Source: Lama glama | Lineage: Eukaryota | Direction: 5' to 3' | Assembly (NCBI GenBank): GCA_028534125.1 | Contig: CM052816.1 | Coordinates: 32,304,001-32,368,000, forward strand | Length of the DNA: 64,000 nucleotides | In this document: piece after piece, positions 52,422 through 64,000 of the stretch | How positions within the stretch are numbered: position 1 is the stretch's first letter | Layout of the letters: the number at the start of each line of letters is the position of its first letter | Made by a program: the position numbers and the translations under genes | Notes under the pieces: generated by a model | The model's database searches: none | The model's input: the letters and a program-made list of their open reading frames with translations, nothing else | Told to the model about the DNA's origin: nothing

Positions 52422-54779
52422 GGTCTTATGCCAAAGAGGTGCTCAGTAAATTCTTGTTGAATGAGAAAGGAAAGGAGAAAAAAAAAGTGTCATTTACAGT
52501 AACTCACTAAAACTATGATATTTAATTTGAAAATACAATACGCCTTTAATTTTGCTTGCTTTTTTAATTTTGGTAGCTATGCATGGAATGCTGAACACTC
52601 CCAGGAAGAGTGGAAACATTAACTTTCTAGAAAAAATCTAAGCAGCTTGCCATATATTAAGATGTTTTTTACAGAACGAAAATAAACATCAGCTTCTAGG
52701 TGGAATAAGAAAGGGAGTGAACAAAGGAAGACAGCCTTGAACAAATACATACCGGACTCTGCGATCTATCTGTCAATAGGTGTGAGAGCTATTAAGTCAC
52801 TATCTTTTCCAGACATTCCTCACAGTGCCTAGTTATTCTCACCAGATGCCCTCCAGGTTCCAGAACTTGCTACACTTGCAAATATTTTCACCTCTATGGA
52901 CCCGTTTCCTTGCCTACAACACAAAGTGACTGACCTCAACTTCATCTAATCCAAGGACAGTAAGTCTCCTTTGAAACAAAGCATGCTTTGACCTGATCTA
53001 CAATGCAATCTTCTACACTTCAACCCCACGTTGAAATGTACAGATACGAATGTCTTATCTCCCTCGCCTCAATGACTTGGGTTGTATCTGTTACAACACA
53101 GGAGAAATCCCTAACATTTGAATTTATATGATAAGTCTCATAATGTTCTATTACTTTTTCCATAAATTATGATGCACACTTCCTAGCGTACTATCAGTGT
53201 CCTCACCTGAGCTTTTCAAGAATCTACTGGAAACTTGAATGGACATTTGAAGTTATTTTGTGAACTTAATGTATTCATGACAATTACCTAGAGGGCTTTT
53301 TCAAAGTACAACATGGTGAAACTGCAAATGCTGTTAAAGAATACAAAATATTCTCTCTCTCCCTCCTGATTTCCGGTTTTTGTTTGTATTTTTACAAAAA
53401 ATAATGGGAGCTTATTATATGCTGCTGGCCCCAACTCCTGTCTTTTTTTTTTTTTCTTGTTTGTACTGTATCTTGGAGATCATTCCATATCAACACAAAT
53501 TTCTCACATTCTTTTTTGTTCCTCCTCTGCACATTGCAGACTTTAAGTGACCTGGTTTCATCTTCCAGCTCTGGGGCCCTGGCATAAGTCCCTGCCTCTG
53601 TCTTCTTACCTGTACACTGAGATTCACAGCATCTTCTAAAGGAAATAAGTGAGACACTATCTGCAGGGTATCCAGGACAGTGCCAGGCATGCAGTGATGC
53701 TCAATGACTATTAGTTATTAACATTCCTCCACCTTGTGGAACCCCTCTGGGAACCTGGCCTTTCACGGCAGATGTTGTGGGACTGCAGAATCAGACCAAC
53801 ACAAATTTAAATCTTGCCCTCATATTTACTACAAGAGAGACAAGGTATTTCCTAGGGGTGCACATATGTTATTTTATTCGGCTAGTTCCCAACTAATGGA
53901 CATCTAGGTAGTTTCCAGTCTCTGTGATGACAAACACAGCAACAGGCCTACTCCTACTGTAGAAGTGAGGCTGCTGATCTAACAACATCCTGAGGTTGAG
54001 ACGTGAGATCCCAGATCCACAGCCCCAGCTTCAGTTTACTTCCCATTCAACAACTCTGCTTCCTTCTCCCAGCCCTTTCAAGCTTTGCCCTTTGTCTTCT
54101 GTTTCCATTGTCTGCTTGACATGAAAAATGCACTTGGATAGGCCCAGCACCTAATTACTTCAAGTAGGGAAAACCACCTTACAAAGAAGATGAAATGATC
54201 AACTATGTGAACTTTAAAGCCAGCATACAATCTCATCATTATTATGAATTCACTGTAAGGAGTTTGTTCTTCCTAATTCATACCATAGAATATCCCAGTG
54301 GGGCTGGAGAGACTAAAGAGCGATGAGCAGAGGGTGGAGAGTAAAAATCAGAGGAGAAAAATGGTTATTCTGAGAAATAGGAACACAGTAAGATGACCCC
54401 CAACTCTGGGCTCCTAATACTGCCTGCCAACAGCTGCTCTTGGGCACCCAGAGATCTTCAGGCAGGCGAGGTAGATGAAATGTACACACAGAGAGCCCTT
54501 TGACTTACCCATTTTCCTTATACCCTGTTTATACCTAATCTTCTAGGATAAGTCATGAGTAACCCATTTCTTTCTGAAGCCCATTCACTGCACTTGAATG
54601 ACTCTCTCCACCCATCACTCTCAAAGGCCACACCTCCTTCATATAATTACATTACCCTTTGTATGTGAAGTTGATGCTACATGGTAAATACAATTCAAAG
54701 ACTGACTGGTGAACTCACAGACTGGTCCACACTATGTATAGAAAGATCTCCTTTGGGTTTAGGAGAAAGTAACTCAAGT

Positions 54780-54970
54780 GTATGAAGCCCATCCATGTGC
54801 TAGACATGATGCTCTGCCCAGTTTAGACACCATCCCCATGACAACAGCCCTTGAGGTAGGAGGTAATACTCTCATTGGACAGATGAAGAAACTGAGGCTC
54901 AGGCTAGTGAAGTGACTGCATAACACTGCACAGTCAGTACACGGATGACTGAGGCTGAACTCAGATTTAA
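54780..54970 (-). mobile_element. MIR SINE
   Basis: cagatgaagaaactgaggctcag core. Confidence 0.75.
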
Positions 54971-55497
54971 CAGATGTAGCTCATCGGTATGCCAGTCTCT
55001 GCTCACACGGCTTGCCTCTCATCTGTCTCAAAAACATTTTTTTAAATATATTTTTGATTGCCACAAGCCAAGCTGGACTTCTGCTGACCTCACATCTGAC
55101 ACAATGTGCCAAGGAGAGCAAGTGCTCAATAAGTGATTATTACTTTCTTGACATTACTGTCTCTCAGCAGCCCAGAGCTTTATACCACATCAAACAAAAA
55201 TGTACTTCACTATATCAACGCATTTCTCTGATTCTCCTGCCTTGGGCTGCACCCAGCTCAGTCCACCTAAATGTCGGTCAGCTACACACGTGTGAATCAT
55301 TTGCAAGGGGATCCAGAGCTGTGTGGCATCATCATTCCCTAGAGGTGGCCAACAGACCTGCCAACTACAGAGTGCTCCTGCTGGGAGTCACAGAGTGTAG
55401 AACCTGATTCAGTGACCCCACCCCCACCCCAGGGGAAGCTGCAGAAACACAGTGACCCCAGGCAGGTGGATCAGCCATTCACTCCAGCTCTGTCAGT

Positions 55498-55790
55498 CAG
55501 AGGTTCCAAAGGGGCAGCCCTCAAGCCACACTGGTCCCCTGGAATGTTCCATTAAGCACACAGAGGCTTTCTTCAAAATGAAATTAATTGCCAATATTTA
55601 AAATTCTGGAGTTTCTAAAAATATCCAAATGTAGTGCATCCTTTAAAACACTGAAGATTTGGCAACACTGGGTCTTCTCTTCTGCACAGAAAACACGGGC
55701 TTGGCCTGAGCAGTAGCTGTCTGCGTCCAGACCAGGCCAAACCATCCTCACTCAGAAGTCACTTTCACGACCCCTTGGGCATTGTTTCTG
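55498..55790. mobile_element. hAT-Charlie element, MER102-like
   Basis: attaattgccaatatttaaaattctggag...gaagatttggcaacactggg...ctgagcagtagctg. Confidence 0.6.
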
Positions 55791-57699
55791 CAGCATCTTC
55801 CACAGATTGAGAGTGGGAATGCCAAAACGTCACCCGACTTGCTTTCCAGTTGTCTGAAGACCACGCTGCAACTATTTATTTCTCTCTCTCTTCATCAGTA
55901 TGATATCCTTAAGAATTAAAAGCGCTGCATCAGACAATCACAGCATTGTTTGTCCACTGTAAATGGCTTCACCCGTTACTTTTCTTACAGCTGATTATGG
56001 ATTATAGCCAAACATTCTGAATTTACTGCCCTTCTTACAGCAGAAACTCTTCTGACAGGAGGAACCCACCACTGTGAGCTGCCAAGGACTTGTCAGAGAA
56101 AGGGCTGCACAAATATGCACTTTTCCTTCCTGCCATCTCCCCTCCTGCTTTATCCCCAAGCTCCTCCGCTGTTTAGATTTGCAGGAATGCTCTGGCCGCC
56201 TGCCCTGGCGCTGAACTCCTCTGGGCGGGACAGCGGGCAGGCTGGGTGCGGGGCTCCTGCCTCTGGAATGCACTTCCTCATAGAAGTGCCAAGGCCTCAT
56301 CTTGGGGGATTCCAAACACAATGGCTTTTGACCTATTAGGGCATTTATTATTCCTGATTGAGAAATGAAAAAAACAGGTTTTCTAAATTTGCAGGGATCT
56401 GGGATGCAGGTTAAGGGGAGTGGTCATTGAGTTTGACTGACTTACTTTAACTCCAGAAGAAATAAAAGAATGTCTTCTAAAGCAACAAGTCATGCAGTAC
56501 AAATTAACGATATAAACTAACAAAAAGCAAAAGTCTCCTTTCTATCACAGCTTGTTTTTTTATTATCTATAAATGTTAAATGAGGTGAGAATTCAGGCCA
56601 GTAACTCCTGGAACTGTAGTTCCAAAATTTTATTTTGGAGAGAATACTAGAATTCAACTTATGAAAATTAACAGCTTGCCTTATTAAAATTAAAAAAATA
56701 GTCTACCTTCCTTTTAAACCACAATCCCATTTTTGCCAAACACAGTACAATCTAATAAAATACACTTTTTCTATGCTTTAAAATAAGCCTTCTACCATTT
56801 TAACTGTCAAAATTTTCAAATAAAAATTTAAGTAACTGCGGCAGAAATATTTAGTAAGGTAATACTTTGTTTTTTCTTTGATCAGTAAAATAACAATAAT
56901 ATAATAATAAACCTACTCTTTTGAGCTATTGTTCCCTCCTGCCCAGCCACCCATGAACGGCCCTCAGGAATAGGGGGCTTTTGAGGGAGGGGCTGCTGTG
57001 GAGCTGGGAGGGTGGCAAGAAGTGACAGCACTGGAGAGCTGCCTATCCTGGTGGAGAAGGGATGGTGGGGAAGGAGATGGAGGCTTGAGAGTGACCTAGT
57101 GACCTGCAGGCCACCCTCACAGCATCCTCCCCTCCAACCGCCTCTGCAGCAGAACCTTAAAGGGGACTGGCAGCCTGGTCTCTCTAGGCAGGCTTGATCC
57201 TGAGCACTGGAGGCTCCTAGGCTCACCAATGACCACCCTGCTCTCAGACACACCGCAGCCTAGCTTCATACAAAACCATCCACTTCAAGGACCTGGTGGG
57301 TGGGATAAGGAGCACAGAGTGACTGATGTAACTGAGGACAAGAGAGCCCTCTTCAAATGTTCAGCTCCAAGCCAGAACCCCACCATGACCTGAGGAGTAG
57401 GCGACAGCTGAGACTGGGTCTCCACCGGCAGGTTCAATTGAAGCTCAAAGCAGAGTACTTGTGATTAGAAGAACAAGAATACGTAACATCTAAAAAAATT
57501 TAGAACAATATTATCCTTGCCCCCACAACATTCTTCATATGTGCATGACAGCAGCTGTAAATAACACGGCATCACTGACGTATGCGAAATGGTCCTTCCC
57601 CACCCAGGACAATCACACTGTCAAGGGCAGGGTCATCCCTGGGTCCTCAGAATACATCACAGTTTTGTGGCACACAGTCTTGAAAGGCAGGCTAACAGT

Positions 57700-58230
57700 A
57701 ATGCAAAATCAAAGTGAAATGTACACATAGCCAGAGTCTTAGTATTAAAATACAGCATTCTATGATCCTCTTTTTAGAATAAAAATGATGAAAATACACC
57801 ACTGTTTAAAACACATATAATAAATGAACATGAATAGAGATACCACTACAAGGATATTCACCTTAGGTATATTTATAGTCTTCAAATTTTGAAACAGTGT
57901 AAATATCCAAAAACTAAAGACTGGTTGAAAAAACTGTTATGCCAATGCATCTATGTAGCAGAAAATTATATAGACATTAGAAAGGTGCTGTATAAGAACA
58001 CTTAAAACTTACCAGCACATATCCAGGACATATTATTAAATAAGAAAAGTATGTTGTAAAACATTGCCATATTACTTTTGCACCAAAGATACACAGAAGA
58101 CTAGAAGGCTATATAATACAGTGTTAGCACTAGGAGAACAGAATTGAATATAAAAGATTTTTTTCTTTTGGAAGGGTAGGTTCTAAGGTTCCTAAATATT
58201 CTAAAGTGGGCATGCTTTTTTATAATAATG
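57700..58230 (+). mobile_element. Ancient L1 3' fragments (L1ME/MC-like)
   Basis: attctatgatcctctttttagaataaaa; acaaggatattcac; atattattaaataagaaaagtatgttgtaaaac. Confidence 0.55.
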
Positions 58231-59409
58231 AAAGTATAACATGTGCTGCATTTTTAAAAGTTCCTCAAACTGCTGCTGAGAGGCTGTCCTCCTGCAGCCT
58301 GGGCTGGGCATTAGCCACACGCTCAGCCTCTACCCTAGAGGGACTGCATCGTAACACAACTAACACAACGCTGGGGGCAGGAGGGGGAGATGGATAAGAG
58401 GGCTCCAGGCTGCTCTGTGAAAACTGCATTTGCCTACATCTGCATAAGCCAGGAGAGAAACAAAAACAAAACCCCTTGTCCCTAAATTAATCAGCTTCCG
58501 GAATTTGGGCTTCCAAGGAGACAGAGAGACAGACAGAAAGACAGGGTTACAGAGGCAGATATTGTTATAATAGCATATGAGAAGAGGAAAAGAGGTTTGT
58601 GTAAAAACAACCTGAGCAGGTTTGTATAGAAAGCATATATGATTCCAGCATTGCAGACTGAATAAAATGTTGATCTGAAGTAATGGATGCTTCTGGTATT
58701 TTCAGTTGGTCTCAGAATAATTACATGATCTTGGCCAGAATACCTTTATAATCTCAGTTTCTCCCTCAGCTAAATGAGGATAATATTACCTACGTAGCAA
58801 AGTAATCTACTGCCAAATTAAATCATGTCATATTTTTGCCACTGTAGAATTATGAGAAATAAGTTAATTTCCTCCCAGTCCAGTGAGAGGAGGGAACCCA
58901 CAATCAGATTGAATTTCATTTTAGAAACTACAAGTCAGGTGACATCCTCACAGCCCACAGTGGTAGAGCAAACTCACTTTCCTCACAGGCATGGCATGAG
59001 AAGTAAATGAAACAAGGGCTGTCAAATGTTTTGCCAAGTGTCACGCAGTGTTCAGGTGTTAGTTACTGCTATTAAAAATTCCATTCACTTCATACAATAT
59101 GGCAAAAAGGCCCAGGAGATCTGGGCTCTCGTCCCATCCCCCACTCACCCCCCCCATCTAGCTATCGGGACCATGTCCTCCCCATCTGTAAAATGGGAAC
59201 ATACTCTTTGCCCTGCCCTATCTCACAGGGTTACTGTGAGATTCAAATGAAATAATATATGTGAAAAGCCTGTGGGGAATGATAGGTAAGAGTGATCTAT
59301 AAGCAAGCCACAAACCAAAGTCGGTAATAATCACTTTGCGAACTCTGAGCATTGAATATGGATTATCACTGATTGATTAGGTGGTTTTATTAAAGAAGCA
59401 GTCTGCATT

Positions 59410-59900
59410 AAAAACAAAAAAATCTGAATAACCCAAATCTCCATCAACAGCAGAATGGATAAAGAAGTTACTCTACAACAGAAAACTCACCTTAAGAAAA
59501 ATGAACACACTTTGTATATACTACATATAACATGGATAGAAGTAAGACACAAAAAAACACATGCCTTGATTCACTCACACATTTTAAAAACAGGCAAAAT
59601 AAACTACTTTGTTCAGAGAAGGCTACCTGAGTACTAAAATTATAGTGGAAAGTAAGGGAATAATCACGAAGTCAGACTGGTTGGGGAGGGAGAAGACGGT
59701 GAAGATGTGATCAAGCAAATAGGAGGGAATCGTGGGGCTGCAGGCTATGTAACATTGTGTGTGTGTGCAAGCATGGGTATATATTTGTATATGCGTATAT
59801 ACAAACGCACACTTACATGTATGTGTACAGGTATATGTGTATGTATATTTTATGCACTTTATCATAGTTCCCAATGAAAGATAATAAAAAACCAACTAAA
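59410..59900 (+). mobile_element. Ancient L1 3' fragment
   Basis: acccaaatctccatcaacagcagaatggataaa...aaaacaggcaaaataaactac. Confidence 0.6.
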
Positions 59901-60174
59901 TTCTGTGCAGATGGCTATGTTAACAGTGTTTGTTTGTTTTAAAGACTTTTGCTAAAACTTTGCTTCAATTCCAATCTTAGATACACCAAACTAAGAAATC
60001 ACCCAGTTGAGATTTTATTTAATCCCTTCAGAAAACTCATTAGGTATAGTCATTAAGCAGGTTATTGTGATTCAAGTTGATTACCTGCCTATTTAATAAT
60101 AATTTCTGATTGCTTGGGCATTTTCTGGGTCAAATTAAAAATACTAGCATTAACAATTAAAAACCTACAGGGCT

Positions 60175-60273
60175 GGGTAGGAGGTATACCTTGGCAGTGT
60201 ACTTAGCATGCATGAGGTCCTGGGTTCAATCCCCAGTACCTCCGTTAACAACAACAACAACAACAACAACAAC
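60175..60273 (+). mobile_element. tRNA-Ala-derived SINE, camelid Vic-1-like, with (AAC)n tail
   Basis: cttagcatgcatgaggtcctgggttcaatccccagtacctcc. Perfect 16-bp TSD aaaaacctacagggct at 60159-60174 and 60274-60289. Confidence 0.9.
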
Positions 60274-60375
60274 AAAAACCTACAGGGCTACAGTCAGCAG
60301 TTAAGCACATCTCACACCAACAGCCTAAGAGGAAACACAAGGTTACAACGATGAGCTGGGGGCCCTGTGACTTAC

Positions 60376-60497
60376 CAGCTGGCTGTGTTTGCGCTATTCT
60401 CTTAGGGTAAGTTTTGCTTCGACTTCTTGCCACATTCTGATCTGGCCGGGGAAGTTGAATGGAAAGATCTCGACTCATTTGCAATGCTGTCCTGCCA
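60376..60497 (-). CDS. EPB41L4A: EPB41L4A coding exon (~exon 12), 122 nt, FERM-adjacent region: (S)GRTALQMSRDLSIQLPRPDQNVARSRSKTYPKRIAQTQPA(G)
   Basis: Acceptor ttttcaag|T and donor G|gtaagt. Peptide matches recalled EPB41L4A sequence and is in frame with the next exon. Confidence 0.95.
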
Positions 60498-60709
60498 CTT
60501 GAAAATACAACATTTTGAGTAACACAGGTAAAACCACACAGCCATAAAATTAAGCCACAGCTCATGAAGAATACCTGCAAAGTATGGAGAGAAGAACAGA
60601 CAGACTCACACAGACTCTAACTTATATAGGGGCTTTCAATTGATTTTCACTGCAATGTTAACCAAGAAGTAATAAACTCTTAACAGGAAGGATTTAGGTG
60701 AGATAGAAG

Positions 60710-61270
60710 GGCCAACTAAAGAATGTCACTCGTGACAACGAATGTATGCATTTCATGTATAACTGAAAAATTGTGCTCTACACTGGAATTTGACACAACA
60801 TTGTAAAATGACTATAACTCAATAAAAAAAAATGTTTAAAAAAATAAAAAAAAAAAGAATGTCGCTTGCCATCTGGTTCTGCAAGAATGAAATCACCAGC
60901 CACTGTAGTTGTTGACCTTTAACACACCCTGACAGGACTTCAGGGCAGAGGTCAGGAATGAGGCCCCCCATGCTCTGGGACAAAGTGCCAGAAGAGGCCT
61001 TCAGATAGTTAGGTGTTTACAGGAGAAAATTTTATAAGCCCAACTTCTTGCATCTTCTCATACCTAGAACGCACTAAAATCATTAATGGAGACATCTTCT
61101 CCTTGTGACTAGCAACAAACTTCAAGATGTGTGCCTGATTGCACACTAAATTCCCTTCAGAGCAGTTCCTCAGAGCTATCTGAGAGGCTGTTCCCAGCCC
61201 ACAGTCCTCAGCAGCCCCAAGAAAAACTTAACTCACAGCTCTCATGTTGTGTGTGTGTTTTCAGTCGACA
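60710..61270 (+). mobile_element. ERV1-class solo LTR
   Basis: Ends tttcagtcgaca and starts with a degenerate inverted copy (ggccaactaaa). 4-bp TSD gaag at 60706-60709 and 61271-61274. Confidence 0.65.
60733..60853 (+). mobile_element. Young L1 3' end with poly-A, nested in the LTR
   Basis: catgtataactgaaaaattgtgctctacactggaatttgacacaacattgtaaaatgactataactcaataaaaaa, with a ~15-bp TSD. Confidence 0.85.
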
Positions 61271-63114
61271 GAAGGAAGATCTTTCAGATGGAGAAACAGG
61301 AAAGAAGTTATTAAAGGAGGATTTATGTTTGGATTTGAGTAGAATGATAGGCTAGAAATAGAGGATGCTGATAGTCTTCCAGCTCTACAACTAAATAATA
61401 AAGAAACTGAGCTGGGCTAAATTACAAAAGGCAATGATTCTACATGCACCCATGTGTCCTGGTGCTGTGCTTACAAGGCAAGTAGTAGAGCCTGTCCCAC
61501 TGGACCACCTGGTGTGATTTTACTTTGAACCCTGTGACACAGTCAACCACTGATTATGCCAACCTCACCTGCACCAGGTCAAGTGACCTGGGAGATTTAA
61601 AGCAGGACTAAAACCCTGTGCACAGACCACTTCTCTAAAGAGTCTGTGAAGATGGAACAGGGCAATCTTTCCCTGGGGACAAACTAACTTTCTCAAGGAA
61701 CTGAGATTTTATTTGCTGAATTTCAATCAACATTCACCCTACTAAAAATTTATTCCACAGCTGCTGAATTTGAGCCAATGAACGACTCTGGCTTTCAAAC
61801 ACGAAAATAAATTTATGTACAGGGAAAATGCAATTTTAAGTGTCTACTTCAATTCACCACAAGAAGAGCCACATAATGGGAAGAAAAAAGTCTTTTAATG
61901 GCCCTAAATCCTATTCATCCTACGTTTACAGGATAAATATTGGTGGATCTCTCCCCAAGAAAGATTAAATGAGACTTATATAAAGCCAAATTCACCTCCT
62001 ACATGCTTCTGTGTTTCCCCTCCTTGTTACCCCATCCACTTTTATTAGAAATAAAAAGAGGCTTGAAACATTCATAAAAAGCAGGTTCTCATCAAGCTAA
62101 TTGGGAACACTACTTGATATGAGCTACCATGGGAATTAAAATGACAGGTACCATCCATGAGTGTGCGTATTTCACATTCAAGGGTTCGTGGAAATCAGGG
62201 GGAGGGGAGGGAAGCAAACTATGACAGATTTTCTTTCCCTTGAAATTGATTTCTTTCAAAAGTAGTGCATAAAGTAACACACATAGTAACATCTCCCCCT
62301 TGAAAAGTTAAAAAAATTCCATATAGAGAGCAAAATTCCATTATTATAAACGGTTTGGAGTATGAAGATAAGATCTACTTACAACAGATTTACTCTAACA
62401 CTTGGAGAGGATGTACTTCATCGCTTAGAGGAAAAAATATTCGCCCTAAAAATGTAACCCAATATGTGGACCACTGAGGCATTTTATAATGAGATTTTTA
62501 CTTTCTTATTCAATTTTTCCTCATAGTCTCTCAGGAATAAAGGAGAAATGAGAAAATCATACCCCAAGATTAATAAAACGGAAGTCCAGAAACATTGAAC
62601 TCATCTGGCACCCAGCTGAACGGGACCCAGGACGGGAGCAAGCTGTCTGCCCTCACGGTGGTTGGCACGGCATAGCCTGGCAGCCTGGGAGAAGGGACAG
62701 AGCATAGGGTCTGGCGTGACACCACAAGCCCAGTTTGAAGCACAGCTCTGCTGTGACTGAGAGGCTTTCCACAGGTTTTTCTTTAAATCTCCTAGAGCCT
62801 CATTTTCCTCATTTATTATTTCTATGTGTTCAGACTATTTCTGAGCAGGAATATTCTTGGACAGTATTCTTAGTGCTTCTTTGTAGCAGAAAGCACTTGA
62901 GAACTGCAGAGGTTTTCATGTCAGTGTAAGAACTCCAACAGATGGTGGCTCTCCACAGTGACAGGATGGAACTTTGTCCCCAAGATCGCCCACTCCCTCA
63001 CCCCTCACGCTATGGCACACACACTCACTCCCATTCTGTGCTGAGGGGCACTGCCAGCCCTTCAGCTTCCAAGTGAGGGCACAATCGGCCATCAGCAGGG
63101 AAGAGGGAAAAGAA

Positions 63115-63300
63115 GACCAAAGACACCTGGTTCAAATCCCAGCTCTGCCACTGACTGGTTCAAGGTCTTGAGTTAAGTGACCTTACTTTTGAGGGTCTCA
63201 AATTCTTCATCTGTACAAATGAGGATATGATACCTCCTTTGATAGGTCATTGAATGGATTTAATAAAGTAACACATGTGAAAGCACCCGACACAGAGGAG
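63115..63300 (+). mobile_element. MIR SINE
   Basis: cctggttcaaatcccagctctgccactgact...cttcatctgtacaaatgagg. Confidence 0.75.
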
Positions 63301-64000
63301 ATTCTCAGGAGAACTTGGTCTCCCTTCCACGCTTCAAGATATGTGGAAAGCCTGTGTGACTGAAGCCCTAGAAACAGGTCATCAGGTTCCCAGGGAGGGT
63401 TCTCAGGCTTGATTCTCATTTCTGGAGTATAAATTCTACACATCTCACTCATTCATCAAAACTAGGAGTCCCCTACAAACTTAACAGGTAAAGGCAAGGT
63501 TAATTTTTAAGGGGCTCAGAGAAAGAGATAACAGTGTGTAATGAAATATTCAACCAAAGATTTAATCAATTTCGATTTCAGGTTATTGGTATCTGATAAT
63601 AAAACAACAAAAGAATCAGATTGTCAGATTTCAGCTTGGTCTTTTCCCAAAAATGTAATTTTGAAAATTTGAAAGGATTACCTGCCACATATCACTAAAA
63701 ATGTCTATTTTTTTTCTTCTTAAATAATGACTAGATTTTCTAAAAGATGTTGGACACTCCTCGGCATTCTGCAAGCCCCAACATCTTAGGGCAGGAGAGA
63801 AAGTAGAGCCTAGATCTCTGTCTTTCTCTATCACATACACCTACACACACACACATCCCCTACAATAAACACATACACTGGTTATGCTGTTTGTTATCTC
63901 CCGTGCTCCAAAAGCCTACAGGGTAAAGGAAGGAGTTGTCTCCAGAGTTCTGCTTCATTGCAGGGTATCTCCAGAATGTATCAAAAGAAAGGAATAGGCA

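Noticed and set aside
634..63840. The many 60-146 aa ORFs in the six-frame track as independent genes
   Set aside because: No recognisable products. Most overlap decayed repeats or intronic sequence. Only the segments coinciding with spliced EPB41L4A exons are supported.

Overview
Mammalian genomic DNA, most likely a camelid, inferred from two Vic-1-type tRNA-Ala-derived SINEs and a young camelid-type L1 3' end. The whole window lies inside one minus-strand gene, EPB41L4A (band 4.1-like 4A / NBL4). I reconstructed eleven consecutive coding exons from 60497 down to 3611. They have GT-AG boundaries, total 967 nt, form one uninterrupted reading frame and correspond to about exons 12-22 by human numbering recalled from memory. 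They encode the FERM-adjacent region and the Arg/Ser-rich C-terminal tail. The FERM-domain exons lie beyond the right edge and the final coding exon was not found, so it presumably lies beyond the left edge. The introns are dense in interspersed repeats: a ~6.5 kb ancient L1 with nested MLT1 and Tigger insertions, several solo LTRs, MER20 and other DNA transposons, MIR and L2 fragments. There is one 100-N assembly gap, apparently inside a young L1 insertion. Repeat family names come from recalled consensus similarity, not a database search. I found no evidence of a novel biological system. The best leads are eight consecutive in-frame-skippable phase-2 exons, a candidate unannotated 60-nt in-frame cassette exon, and several young insertions with readable target-site duplications (TSDs).
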